The translations under genes were made by a program, and so were the position numbers. From positions 270,001 to 302,000 of the forward strand of contig NC_006138.1 in assembly GCF_000025945.1 (NCBI RefSeq): a DNA stretch of 32,000 nucleotides, in the 5' to 3' direction. Shown here one piece after another: positions 1 through 9,534 of the stretch (position 1 is its first letter; each line of letters begins with the position of its first letter). Source of the stretch: Desulfotalea psychrophila LSv54 (GTDB lineage Bacteria > Desulfobacterota > Desulfobulbia > Desulfobulbales > Desulfocapsaceae). A model generated the notes under the pieces. The model had not been told where the DNA came from. It did no database searches and was given only the letters and a program-made list of their open reading frames with translations.

Positions 1-77
1 GACTGTTGGAAGGCCTCAACGACAAAACACCCCTTGGTAAAAGCCCCTTAAAGGAGTTCAAGACCAGTAGAACAAGC

Positions 78-1148
78 CTAGAGGCTATAAATAAAGCGTC
101 TGTCCACCTTGCCACTGGCCGTCCTGACCAGTTGGGAGACATAGATGATCTGCCGGGGCAGGGCATATTTATCCAGTACCTCCGCAAGCATGAGACACAT
201 CTTTTTTCGGAAGAGATCCTGTTTGGATCTGCTCAGATAATAGATATCGGCCGACTCTATGACCAGAATAATCTTCCGGCCCAGACGACTGTCAGGACTT
301 GAGGTCAGCAAAAATGGATAGTCAAGCAGATGGACAATGCGGCTCTCAAGCTCTTCCGGGGAAAATTTAATTCCGCCTGAGTTAATGATATTATCCCAGC
401 GCCCCAACCAGCGAAAGCCTCCGGCACAAAGCGCTGCCATATCGTTACTGATCAGAGCTTGGCCTACCACCTCACCATCCTCCACCACCAGACAGCCACG
501 CTCATCACAGGCGAACTCCACCCCCGGCAGGCCTCGATAAATATCATCGACACCAATTTTTTGCAGGGCCACATGGGAGCAGGTCTCTGTCATGCCATAG
601 CCCAGATAAAACTCCGTCTCCGGGCAGGCCAAAATCAACTCCCGCAGGGGGGCTGAAACCTCGGCCCCGCCGAGGAGAACAGTCTTCACCCGGACAGTAT
701 AGCCAATATCCCGCAGCATATTTTCCGCCTGAAGGGGAACCATGGCCACAAAGTCAATATCGTCACTAAATTTTCGGTGGGGATTGCCCTCGGGGGCGAT
801 GGTCAGAAGCTCGGCCCCGGAGACCAGGGCCCTAATAAGCATCATCTTACCGGCAATATATTCCGCCGAGAGACAGAGGGCCAGTCGACTGACCTCCGAG
901 ATATGAAAAAAAGCACAGGTCCGACGGGCAGAGGCCAACATGGCCCTCTTGGCAAGCTGAATAGGCTTGGCCTTTCCGGTGGAGCCAGAGGTATACTGCT
1001 CTATACTCTCCGCAGACTGCCACCAGGCAGCCAAAAAGGTGAAAATATTCTGCCGCCAGAGGGGCAGATCGAGGAAGGCCTCGCTCTTAAGCAGGGAGGT
1101 AAGAGATTCAGCATCATAGATCTTTCCATCAATTTTAACAGAGTCCAT
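78..1148 (-). CDS. menE: o-succinylbenzoate--CoA ligase (short AMP-forming ligase)
   Basis: 356-aa ORF with the adenylate-forming P-loop 'YTSGSTGKAKPIQL', 'GYGMTETCSH' and C-terminal 'RTASGKVDRR'. Last gene of a men cluster. Confidence 0.88.
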   Translation of the reverse strand: MDSVKIDGKIYDAESLTSLLKSEAFLDLPLWRQNIFTFLAAWWQSAESIEQYTSGSTGKAKPIQLAKRAMLASARRTCAFFHISEVSRLALCLSAEYIAGKMMLIRALVSGAELLTIAPEGNPHRKFSDDIDFVAMVPLQAENMLRDIGYTVRVKTVLLGGAEVSAPLRELILACPETEFYLGYGMTETCSHVALQKIGVDDIYRGLPGVEFACDERGCLVVEDGEVVGQALISNDMAALCAGGFRWLGRWDNIINSGGIKFSPEELESRIVHLLDYPFLLTSSPDSRLGRKIILVIESADIYYLSRSKQDLFRKKMCLMLAEVLDKYALPRQIIYVSQLVRTASGKVDRRFIYSL

Positions 1149-1159
1149 CGGCAGATCCT

Positions 1160-2266
1160 TTAAGATACCCCCAAAAGTCCCCCGTCCACGGCAAGGTTTG
1201 AGGGAAGATTATTGGTATATAGCTGGCCTGTCCCCAGCCCTTGGGGCATGGTGGGCTGATAGAGGGCCGTCCACTGGGCAATGGCGGCAAGCCCCAGATT
1301 AGATTCAAGGGCCGAAGTGATCCAGAAACCGATACCACGCTCTCGAGCAAGCTCTATCCACTGTCCGGCATAGTGAAAGCCACCAAGCAGGGATGGTTTG
1401 AGAATGATATACTGGGGCCTGATGGCATCGAGCATGGCAGAACGCTGTTCAGCCCCTAGCCCGATCAGCTCCTCATCCAGAGCAATGGCCAGAGGAGAGT
1501 TGGCACAGAGAGCCGCCATCTCGGACCATTGATGCTGGCGAATGGGCTGCTCAATGGAGTGAAGATGGAACTGACTGAGACGCTTCAGTCTTTGTGGGGC
1601 ATTGGCAGGCGAAAAGGCACCGTTGGCATCGACCCGAATCTCCAGCTGCTGCGGAGAAAAGCTCTCACGAATGCCGGCGAGAAGGGCACACTCTTTATCG
1701 AAATCAATGGCCCCAATCTTCAATTTCAGACAGCCATAGCCCTCGGCCAGCTTGGCCTCGATCTGTTCCTGCATAAAAGCGGCCTCGCCCATCCAGATCA
1801 GGCCATTGACCGGAATCCGCTTTTCACCACGAGTAAAGTCCGAGGCGAACCACTCCTGCCTGCCTCCAGAGAGCAGATCCAGCAGGGCCATCTCCAGGGC
1901 AAAGCGCAGGGCAGGAAAGCGACCATCGGTTGAGACCTGCCAGGAATCCAAAATTCCGGCAATATCGGTCAGAACAGACCTGTAGTCAGAAAAATCCGCC
2001 CCCCCCCTCTCAGCCAGAAACTGGCGGAGACGAATTGGCTCCTCGGCCCGAAGTCTCCGGGCAAGGAGATCAAGCTCTCGCCCTATCTGCTCCTCGGGAT
2101 CAAGAGAGAGTCCCGGAATAAGGGATACCTCCCCCTGCCCTCCGTGACCGTCAATATCCAGACGGACAAACCAGGTGGGCTTACTGGTGAGCACTCCACG
2201 GGAGGTGCCCGCCGGTCGCTTAAATATCAGATCACTGCGTCTATAGCTCAGTTCCATGCCAGACAC
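1160..2266 (-). CDS. menC: o-succinylbenzoate synthase (enolase superfamily)
   Basis: 368-aa ORF with 'LKLKIG', 'RVDANGAFSP', 'IEQPIR', 'ALDEEL', 'ILKPSLLGG', 'ITSALESNLG'. Sits between menB and menE. Confidence 0.92.
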   Translation of the reverse strand: MSGMELSYRRSDLIFKRPAGTSRGVLTSKPTWFVRLDIDGHGGQGEVSLIPGLSLDPEEQIGRELDLLARRLRAEEPIRLRQFLAERGGADFSDYRSVLTDIAGILDSWQVSTDGRFPALRFALEMALLDLLSGGRQEWFASDFTRGEKRIPVNGLIWMGEAAFMQEQIEAKLAEGYGCLKLKIGAIDFDKECALLAGIRESFSPQQLEIRVDANGAFSPANAPQRLKRLSQFHLHSIEQPIRQHQWSEMAALCANSPLAIALDEELIGLGAEQRSAMLDAIRPQYIILKPSLLGGFHYAGQWIELARERGIGFWITSALESNLGLAAIAQWTALYQPTMPQGLGTGQLYTNNLPSNLAVDGGLLGVS

Positions 2267-2267
2267 C

Positions 2268-3083
2268 TTATGGGAATTTAGGAAACTGATCGAAATCCGG
2301 CTCGCGTTTTTCCAGGAAAGCGTTCTTGCCCTCCTGAGCCTCTTCCATCATATAGAACATCATGGTGGCATTACCGGCAAGCTCCTGGATACCGGCCTGA
2401 CCGTCAAGCTCAGCATTAAGACCCGCCTTGATCATGCGCAGGGCCATGGGGCTCCGTTTGATAATCTTTTCACACCACTCAACGGTGGTATCTTCCAGCT
2501 GTTCCAGAGGAACAACCTTATTAACCATCCCCATATCCATTGCCTCCTGAGCAGAGTACTGATCACAGAGAAACCAGATTTCCCGGGCCTTCTTCTGGCC
2601 AACCTGACGGGCAAGATAGGAGGAACCAAAGCCTGCATCAAAACTGCCCACCTTGGGTCCTGTCTGACCGAATTTGGCATTTTCCGAGGCAATGGTCAAA
2701 TCGCAAACCACATGGAGGACATGGCCACCGCCAATGGCAAAACCATTTACCATGGCAATAACGGGCTTGGGCAGGGAACGGATGGCCTTTTGCAGATCGA
2801 GGACATTAAGACGGGGCACTCCGTCCTTACCGATATAACCACCGGTGCTCTTCACATTCTGATCACCACCCGCACAGAAGGCCTTATCGCCTGCACCAGT
2901 AAAGATCACCACCCGCACGTCCTGACACTCACGGCAATAGACCATGGCTTCAAGCATCTCTTTATTGGTATCGGGGGTAAAGGCGTTATAATAACGAGGA
3001 CGATTAATGGTTATCTTGGCGATACCATTAAAAATCTCAAACTTAATCTCTTCATACTCTTTTATTGTTTTCCATTCTCTCAT
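2268..3083 (-). CDS. menB: 1,4-dihydroxy-2-naphthoyl-CoA synthase (crotonase family)
   Basis: 271-aa ORF with '[16 protein letters not shown]', 'FCAGGDQ', '[20 protein letters not shown]' type motifs and '[16 protein letters not shown]'. Start codon ATG at 3083-3081. Confidence 0.95.
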   Translation of the reverse strand: MREWKTIKEYEEIKFEIFNGIAKITINRPRYYNAFTPDTNKEMLEAMVYCRECQDVRVVIFTGAGDKAFCAGGDQNVKSTGGYIGKDGVPRLNVLDLQKAIRSLPKPVIAMVNGFAIGGGHVLHVVCDLTIASENAKFGQTGPKVGSFDAGFGSSYLARQVGQKKAREIWFLCDQYSAQEAMDMGMVNKVVPLEQLEDTTVEWCEKIIKRSPMALRMIKAGLNAELDGQAGIQELAGNATMMFYMMEEAQEGKNAFLEKREPDFDQFPKFP

Positions 3084-3236
3084 GGCTGTTTCCTTCGTTA
3101 TATTATAGGGGGTAAAATTAATGGGAATCTTAAAAAATTAATATTTTCCATAAGGGGCACATGGAAAATTTTACCACAGGCATCGTTAATACCGAAGTCT
3201 ACGCTGAGCTTCGATAATAGCCTTTTTCAAAGTTCC

Positions 3237-4850
3237 CTAATCTCTTTTGGTCGGATCAACAAACACCTCAAGAACCAGAGGGCCATCCTGCAGTCCTAAG
3301 AATTCCTCGGAAAAACCATCTATCTCCGAGGCCAGGCAACGGCGATAGGCCACGCCATATGCCTCTATCATCTTACCTATCTGCACAGGATGATGAGCGA
3401 CAAAAAAGTCCTGATAGCCGGGACTGACACTGGGCCCCTTCAGCCTTCTAAAAATATCACCACCCTGATTATTGAGAATAACAATACGCAGGTTGGAAGG
3501 CAGATTGCGGTTCCAGAGGGCATTGGAGTCATAGACAAAGCTCAGATCACCCAAACAACAGAGGACCAGCTGATCCGTTGCCAGGGCAACCCCCACGGCG
3601 GTGGAGAGACAGCCATCAATGCCCGCCACCCCTCGATTGCTATGATAGAGAAGATCAGCTCTGGAGGCCAGTTTTTGGGCATGACGCACGGACATGGAGT
3701 TGCCCAGATGGGCAATACTACCTGCGGGCAGTTGGCCCAGCAGTCTCTTCAGAACCAGAAACTCATCATCTTGGTTCTCAGCAACTCCCTCGGGCAGAGC
3801 CCAGAGATCACGAAAACCGGCAGCTGGCTCCACCTGCTGAGCAAGACGGCGAAAAAATGTTGTGGGGGCAAGATCAAGTTCTGCACTGAGGCACTGATAG
3901 GTATCAATACCCATCTGGGCAGGATCGAGGCGAAAGTGAAAGGCCGGTTTAAACTCCCGCAGGAGGAGCTTGATGTGCTTTGCAACCAGATGACCGCCAA
4001 AGGAGATAAGACAGTCAGGGGCCAGAAGAGATCTGGATGCCTCATCACAGGCCAGAAGCACGGCATCTGGTCTGTCCACCAGCCAGGGGCCGACGATATT
4101 GGCCGTGTTTTCGGCAATAATGGTCACAGTTTTGTCCGGAGCAAATCGAGCCAAAAGGGCCTGAAGCTCAGCATCGGCCACGCCCTGTCCACATACAATC
4201 ATCCGCCGCTTGGCACCTCGCCAGGCAGACTCCACCTCCTGCCAGAGAGCTGGACTCATACCCTTGGGCTCTGCTAGCTGCAGAGGAGAAAGAGCAATAA
4301 GGGACTCAGCCATCAATTCGCCTCCATAGAGGGGTTCATCGAGGGGAATATTGATATGAACGGGGCCAAAGCAGGGAGAGAGGGCGGTAGAAAAGGCCTG
4401 AGCTATGACTCGCGCCGACAGTTCCAGCTCCGCCACAGTTTCCGGTTCTTCAGGCAGGCTATAACTACCCTTAACAATATTGGCAAAGAGGTTATCCTGG
4501 CAAATGGTCTGACTATCCTGCTGACCAACCAGACGGGCCGGACGATCGGCTGAAAGAACTATAAGGGGGGCCCGCAGATAGTAGGCCTCGGCAATAGCCG
4601 GTCCATAGTTGAGCAGAGCCGTCCCCGAGGTACAGAGCACTCCCACCGGGGCCTGTAGTTCCGTTGCCAGACCGAGGGCCACAAAGGCCGCTGATCGTTC
4701 ATCGACAATGCTCAGGCACTCTATCTGGGATGAAGCAGCAAAGGCACGGATAAGGGGGGCGTTACGGGAACCAGGAGAAATCACCAAATGGCGCATGCCA
4801 TGGGCGATACAGTGATGAGCAAGGTCTGAAATATGTTGTTTTGCACGCAT
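3237..4850 (-). CDS. menD: 2-succinyl-5-enolpyruvyl-6-hydroxy-3-cyclohexene-1-carboxylate synthase (ThDP enzyme)
   Basis: 537-aa ORF with 'HLVISPGSRNAPL', 'DERSAAFVALGLA', 'GTALLNYGPAIAEAYY', 'NRGVAGIDGCLSTAVG'. Confidence 0.95.
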   Translation of the reverse strand: MRAKQHISDLAHHCIAHGMRHLVISPGSRNAPLIRAFAASSQIECLSIVDERSAAFVALGLATELQAPVGVLCTSGTALLNYGPAIAEAYYLRAPLIVLSADRPARLVGQQDSQTICQDNLFANIVKGSYSLPEEPETVAELELSARVIAQAFSTALSPCFGPVHINIPLDEPLYGGELMAESLIALSPLQLAEPKGMSPALWQEVESAWRGAKRRMIVCGQGVADAELQALLARFAPDKTVTIIAENTANIVGPWLVDRPDAVLLACDEASRSLLAPDCLISFGGHLVAKHIKLLLREFKPAFHFRLDPAQMGIDTYQCLSAELDLAPTTFFRRLAQQVEPAAGFRDLWALPEGVAENQDDEFLVLKRLLGQLPAGSIAHLGNSMSVRHAQKLASRADLLYHSNRGVAGIDGCLSTAVGVALATDQLVLCCLGDLSFVYDSNALWNRNLPSNLRIVILNNQGGDIFRRLKGPSVSPGYQDFFVAHHPVQIGKMIEAYGVAYRRCLASEIDGFSEEFLGLQDGPLVLEVFVDPTKRD

Positions 4851-4923
4851 ATTATCTATTGTATGAGGCTTCCGGCCATTGGCCGGGGTCAGTAAGGCAG
4901 ACCCTGCACAGACTGACAGGAAT

Positions 4924-6045
4924 TTAATTATCCAGGGCGGAGAGAATAGTCTTGGTCTTCAGTACAGTTTCCGTCCACTCATCCTCGGCAACAGAGTCCG
5001 AAGTGATGCCACCACCGACATATACCTGAGCATAACCTCTGCATACCTGCATACAGCGCAGATTCACATAAAGAGAAATCTGTTCCGGAGATATATTTAC
5101 CGGCCCCAGAAAGCCCGAGTAGTACTGGCGATCGTGTTTCTCCAAACCATGGAGGAAGGTACGGGCCGCCTCCTTGGGCATACCACATACCGCCGGGGTG
5201 GGATGGAGGGCCTGAAGCAGCGGGCTTAGCTTACCACCTATCTCATGTGAATCACAGGAAAATTCTGTGCATAGATGGAGCATATTGCCAGCCTGACGTG
5301 GATAGGGCAGGCCCCTCTTAACCGACTTCAGATCAAAGCTAATGAGAAGATCATTTATATAATCGGTGACATACTGTTGTTCCTGTCTCTCTTTCTCTGA
5401 CCAGGCAGAAAATTTTTGGTTTTCGGGAGTGTTTTTTCGAGTGGCCGCAAGAGCGATGGTTTGCAACTTCCCCTGCCCGACCGAAGCCAGAATCTCCGGA
5501 GTGGCTCCCAACCAGAGATGCCCATCCGCCTGAAAGATATAGACGAGGGAGTGGGGATAACGAGCACACATTCTTATATAGGTGGCCACCACCTTTTCCC
5601 GAATATCGTCCCTAATAATCTCCACCCGAGAGAGTACGGCCTTGGCAAACCGACCCGCCTCGATGGCCGTAACCAGACTGTCCACCTCCTGCAGATACTC
5701 CGCATGGTCACACTGATAGGTCTCACCAATGTCTCCGCAACCATTAAGCGAATTACCACCAAACTGCTCCAGTCTGGCAAAAAGAGACTCATCTGGAGCA
5801 TCACCTACTGAGATCAGATCCGGGGAGATAAGGATGGGACGGCAGGAATCGCTCTCGACAAAGGGGGCAATGGCAAAGCCCCTCTGCTCAGATATTTCAT
5901 GATCAACACTGAGCCTCAGGGGCTCTCCGCCATCCTGGGCCAGGGTAACAATATCACAGCCCGGCTCTCGATAAGAGGCAAAGCAGAGTTTTTTATCCAG
6001 ACAGAGCTGAAGCAGTTGAGGCAGGGTTTTCTTTATAGGTTTCAT
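4924..6045 (-). CDS. menF: isochorismate synthase (chorismate-binding family)
   Basis: ORF with 'HLWLGATPEILA', 'TFSCDSHEIGGKLSP'-like region, 'HPTPAVCGMPKE', 'GFLGPV', 'VYVGGGITSDSVAEDEW'. The track ORF extends to 6075 via a TTG; the first ATG is at 6045-6043. Confidence 0.9.
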   Translation of the reverse strand: MKPIKKTLPQLLQLCLDKKLCFASYREPGCDIVTLAQDGGEPLRLSVDHEISEQRGFAIAPFVESDSCRPILISPDLISVGDAPDESLFARLEQFGGNSLNGCGDIGETYQCDHAEYLQEVDSLVTAIEAGRFAKAVLSRVEIIRDDIREKVVATYIRMCARYPHSLVYIFQADGHLWLGATPEILASVGQGKLQTIALAATRKNTPENQKFSAWSEKERQEQQYVTDYINDLLISFDLKSVKRGLPYPRQAGNMLHLCTEFSCDSHEIGGKLSPLLQALHPTPAVCGMPKEAARTFLHGLEKHDRQYYSGFLGPVNISPEQISLYVNLRCMQVCRGYAQVYVGGGITSDSVAEDEWTETVLKTKTILSALDN

Positions 6046-6058
6046 GGGGTCAACCAGA

Positions 6059-6457
6059 CTATGCCTCAGCCGCAAGCTTTACGGTGATACGACAGAGGGC
6101 AACGGTCTTACCCATCTCTGTCTCCACCCGCACATCCCAGATATGACTAGTCCGGCCCCTATGGACAAGCAGGGGCTCGGCGTAGACATAGCCCTCACGC
6201 ACCGATGAGAGAAGAGAGGCATCAACATGATAACCAAAGGCCGCCATATCTCTGTCTGTACAGGAAGAGGCGACACTGGCAACGGTCTCGGCCAGGGCAA
6301 TGGTAGCGCCTCCATGCAGATAGCCATGGGGTTGTTGGGTGCGGCTATCGACCTTCATCCGCGCTCGGGGGACACCATTTCTATATGAGATGAATTCAAT
6401 ACCCAGATTCTGGATCATTGAATCCTTACAAATTTTATTTATTTCGTCTAAAGTCAT
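6059..6457 (-). CDS. hotdog-fold PaaI-type thioesterase, candidate DHNA-CoA hydrolase (MenI-like)
   Basis: 'QQPHGYLHGGATIALAETVASVAS' is the hotdog acyl-CoA thioesterase active-site region. It is the first gene of the menaquinone cluster. First internal ATG taken as start; the track ORF runs to 6496. Confidence 0.78.
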   Translation of the reverse strand: MTLDEINKICKDSMIQNLGIEFISYRNGVPRARMKVDSRTQQPHGYLHGGATIALAETVASVASSCTDRDMAAFGYHVDASLLSSVREGYVYAEPLLVHRGRTSHIWDVRVETEMGKTVALCRITVKLAAEA

Positions 6458-6744
6458 AAATATAGAGACCACATTCCAGGCAATAAACTTCACCAAAATA
6501 GTACGTTAAATAGAGCGTTCAAGATGCCCAGACTGTAGTCCCTCCCCCGTTCTATGGCAAGTTTTTTCTTTAAGGAGATGTCTTGCCGAAAAAGGCCCTG
6601 CAAAAAGAAAACCCACTTTTTCTCCGCCTAAGAAAAGGGCCAGGACTAAACAGCTCGCCCATAAAAGGGCCTCGCCTCCTCCAGGAATAATCTCTTCTCC
6701 TCTCCTTATCGCAAAAAAGTCTTTCATCTTTTCCTGTTTCCAAC

Positions 6745-6750
6745 TATAAG
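6745..6750 (+). promoter_or_regulatory. candidate -10 element of the rnpB promoter
   Basis: TATAAG 13-18 nt upstream of the RNase P P1 strand. The -35 match is poor. Confidence 0.35.
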
Positions 6751-6762
6751 AAAGCTGTGTGT

Positions 6763-7116
6763 GAAGTGGGCTCATGATCGCCCCGACTTTCGCAGTCGGA
6801 GAGGAAAGTCCGAACTCCGCAGGGCAAGATGGTTCGTAACACGAACACTGGGTGACCGGTGGAAAGTGCCACAGAAAATAGACCGCCTGGTTCGCCAGGT
6901 AAGGGTGAAACGGCGAGGTAAGAGCTCACCGCTTTCACGGTGACGTGGAAGGCAGGGCAAACCCCATCTGGAGCAAGACCAAATAGAGAGATGTTTGAGG
7001 GCGGCTCCGTCCGAGATCTCCGGGTAGGTTGCAAGAGGCGTCGGGCAACCGACGTCCCAGTGAAATGATCATGGCTCCCTTCGGGGAGAGACAGAATTCG
7101 GCTTATAGCCCACTTC
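6763..7116 (+). ncRNA. rnpB: RNase P RNA, bacterial class A
   Basis: Hallmarks: 'GAGGAAAGTCCGAACTCC', 'ACAGAAAATAGACCGCC', 'GGTAAGGGTGAAACGGCGAGGTAAGAGCTCACCGC', 'AGAATTCGGCTTATAG'. P1 pairs GAAGTGGGC (6763-6771) with GCCCACTTC (7108-7116). A T-run follows (~7122-7129). Confidence 0.97.
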
Positions 7117-7169
7117 GCACATTTTTTTTCGTCTCAAAACAAGGAAACATCTCACCGCAAGACAGGAAA

Positions 7170-8330
7170 ATGAAAAACGGTGCAGTCATCATACCCGCAG
7201 CAGGTAGCGGCACACGGATGAAACTGGATTACCCCAAACAGTATCATGCTGTTGCGGGGACTCCCATTATCGTTCACACCATACGCGCGTTCAATAAACA
7301 CCCCTGCATAGCAAAAATAATCCTTGTCGTCCCCCAAGATCATCTCGAAGAAAGCAAAGCTCTCCTGCAAAAATATCAGCTAGAAAACATCTCGATTGTG
7401 ACTGGCGGCGCCCGTCGTCAAGACTCCGTACTCCGTGGTCTACAAGAGGTTCCAGAGTCAATAGATATTGTTTTGGTGCACGATGGGGCCCGCCCCATGG
7501 TCAGTGCCGAGCTCATCAGCCGTTGCTATAAAGGCGCCCAGCAATACGGGGCTGTCATTGCCGCTGTGCCGGTAAAAGACACCCTGAAGAGGGGCGCAGG
7601 CAGAATTGTGACTGGCACCGTTGACCGCGAGGGACTATGGCAGGCCCAGACTCCCCAAGCTGCCCGAAAAGCTCTTCTCGTCAAAGCCTTTAAGGAAAAC
7701 GGCATGAGAAATGTCACCGATGAGTCCACCCTTCTGGAAGGGGTAGGAATCCCCGTAACCCTGATCGAGGGATCAGAGACCAATATCAAGATTACCCGCC
7801 CTGAAGACCTCATCCTAGCTGAAAACTTCCTCAGAGAAAAAAAAGAACCCATGCAAAAAATACGCATTGGCCACGGCTTTGATGCCCACCAGCTGGTCGA
7901 AAAGAGAAGGTTGATACTGGGCGGAGTAGAGATCCCCTACCACCTGGGCCTTGCCGGCCATTCCGACGCCGACGTTCTTGTCCATGCCCTCTGTGATGCC
8001 CTGCTCGGAGCCATTGGCGCAGGTGATATCGGCCGCCATTTCCCCGACAGCAGTGATGCCTTTAAGGATATCTATTCCATCAGACTCCTCGAATCGGTCA
8101 TGCAAAAGGTAGGGGAGCTGAACTACAAAATCGGCAACGCCGACATCAGCGTGATCTGCCAGGCACCAAAGCTTGCGCCCTATCTCAAGCAAATGCAGGA
8201 GATCATCGCCACCAGCTGTGCCTGCCAAATCAGCGATATCAATATCAAGGCCACCACCACCGAAAAGATGGGGTATACAGGCCGGGGCGAAGGTATCAGT
8301 TGCCATGCCGTCGTCCTTCTTCAACAATAA
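7170..8330 (+). CDS. ispDF: bifunctional 2-C-methyl-D-erythritol 4-phosphate cytidylyltransferase / 2-C-methyl-D-erythritol 2,4-cyclodiphosphate synthase
   Basis: IspD half: 'VIIPAAGSGTRMKLDYPKQY', 'VHDGARPMV', 'QAQTPQ'. IspF half: 'IRIGHGFDAHQL', 'GLAGHSDADVLVHALCDALLGA', 'TTTEKMGYTGRGEGI'. The track ORF begins at 7029 inside rnpB; the real start is ATG at 7170. Confidence 0.95.
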   Translation: MKNGAVIIPAAGSGTRMKLDYPKQYHAVAGTPIIVHTIRAFNKHPCIAKIILVVPQDHLEESKALLQKYQLENISIVTGGARRQDSVLRGLQEVPESIDIVLVHDGARPMVSAELISRCYKGAQQYGAVIAAVPVKDTLKRGAGRIVTGTVDREGLWQAQTPQAARKALLVKAFKENGMRNVTDESTLLEGVGIPVTLIEGSETNIKITRPEDLILAENFLREKKEPMQKIRIGHGFDAHQLVEKRRLILGGVEIPYHLGLAGHSDADVLVHALCDALLGAIGAGDIGRHFPDSSDAFKDIYSIRLLESVMQKVGELNYKIGNADISVICQAPKLAPYLKQMQEIIATSCACQISDINIKATTTEKMGYTGRGEGISCHAVVLLQQ

Positions 8331-8338
8331 GGTAGACC

Positions 8339-9478
8339 ATGAATATAAACAGCGAAAGAGTTGCCCAGATATTTACCGCACTGTGCGAGATCAGCTCACC
8401 TTCAAAAAACGAAAGGGTAATTGCCAACTATCTTAAGGAGATCTTCAGAGAGCTGGGTGCCACGGAAATTTACGAGGATAATTCCGCCGAACAGACCGGC
8501 TCCAACAGCGGCAATATCATTGTTCGCTTTGCCGGATCCTGCCCCGAACGCACCCCCCTCCTCTTTGCCTGTCATATGGACACTGTCCTGCCGGCAGATA
8601 ATATCGAGGTTGCCCGAGAGAACGACACCTTCACCAGCGCCGGCGAAACTGTGCTCGGCGGTGACGATAAGTCAGGAATCGTGGCCCTGATAGAGGCATT
8701 CACCCTGATCAAAGAAAATGACACCGAACACGGAGCCATTGAACTGGTCTTTACCACCTGCGAAGAGATCGGCCTGCTCGGAGCCAAGTACCTTGAGTAC
8801 GACAAACTCCAGGCAAAGATGGGCTATGCCCTTGATGCCGGTGGTAGTGACACCGTTGTCACCCGGGCCCCGACAGCAAACAGCATTGATATAATCATCC
8901 ACGGACTGGCAGCCCATGCCGGCCTCAGCCCGGCAAAGGGGATCAATGCCCTCACTCTTGCCGCCCAGGCCTTGGCAGGCCTGCAGCTGGGACGACTGGA
9001 CGCGGATTCAACCGCCAACTTCGGCCTTATCTCCGGTGGTACGGCAGTCAACATTGTCCCCGACAAGGTCTGTCTCCATGGCGAGGTGCGCAGCCAATCA
9101 CCAGCCAAGCTCGATGAGTATACGGAAAAAATCTGCACTGTCTTTCGTAAGACCGTGGCCGACTGGAGTAGCCCTGAGCATAAGGAGCAGAGACCCTCTA
9201 TTGATATAGAGGTGATAAAAGAGTACGACGCCATCGTCATAAACGAAGAGGGACCGCTCATCCAGCACCTCCTCCGGGTTACCAAGGCCATGGGTATAAA
9301 TATAGGAATCACCTCCACCGGAGGCGGCAGTGATGCCAATGTTTTTAACGGCCACGGTATAGAGACGGCTATCCTGGCAACGGGCATGGATCTAGTCCAT
9401 ACCACCGCAGAACGAATCGATCTTAAAGATATGCTTAAATTGACGAATCTTATTTATGAAATCATCAGTCAGGGATAG
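8339..9478 (+). CDS. M20-family metallopeptidase, PepT-like
   Basis: 'FACHMDTVLP', 'LGGDDKSGIVALIEA', 'VFTTCEEIGLLGAK', 'HAGLSPAKGINA', 'TSTGGGSDANVFNGHG'. Confidence 0.88.
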   Translation: MNINSERVAQIFTALCEISSPSKNERVIANYLKEIFRELGATEIYEDNSAEQTGSNSGNIIVRFAGSCPERTPLLFACHMDTVLPADNIEVARENDTFTSAGETVLGGDDKSGIVALIEAFTLIKENDTEHGAIELVFTTCEEIGLLGAKYLEYDKLQAKMGYALDAGGSDTVVTRAPTANSIDIIIHGLAAHAGLSPAKGINALTLAAQALAGLQLGRLDADSTANFGLISGGTAVNIVPDKVCLHGEVRSQSPAKLDEYTEKICTVFRKTVADWSSPEHKEQRPSIDIEVIKEYDAIVINEEGPLIQHLLRVTKAMGINIGITSTGGGSDANVFNGHGIETAILATGMDLVHTTAERIDLKDMLKLTNLIYEIISQG

Positions 9479-9534
9479 TATTTAATCCACCCTCATCTAT
9501 GCTGCTTACAAAGGGCGACACAGTAAAGGAAAAC

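Noticed and set aside
2256-3299. 347-aa plus-strand ORF
   Set aside because: Antisense shadow fully covering menB on the opposite strand; no recognisable domain.
3390-4277. 295-aa plus-strand ORF
   Set aside because: Antisense to menD, which has clear ThDP-enzyme motifs.
6506-6775. 89-aa minus-strand ORF
   Set aside because: Overlaps the rnpB promoter and 5' end; no family motif.
7029-7169. N-terminal 47 residues of the 433-aa track ORF
   Set aside because: Lie within rnpB; IspD homology begins at ATG 7170.
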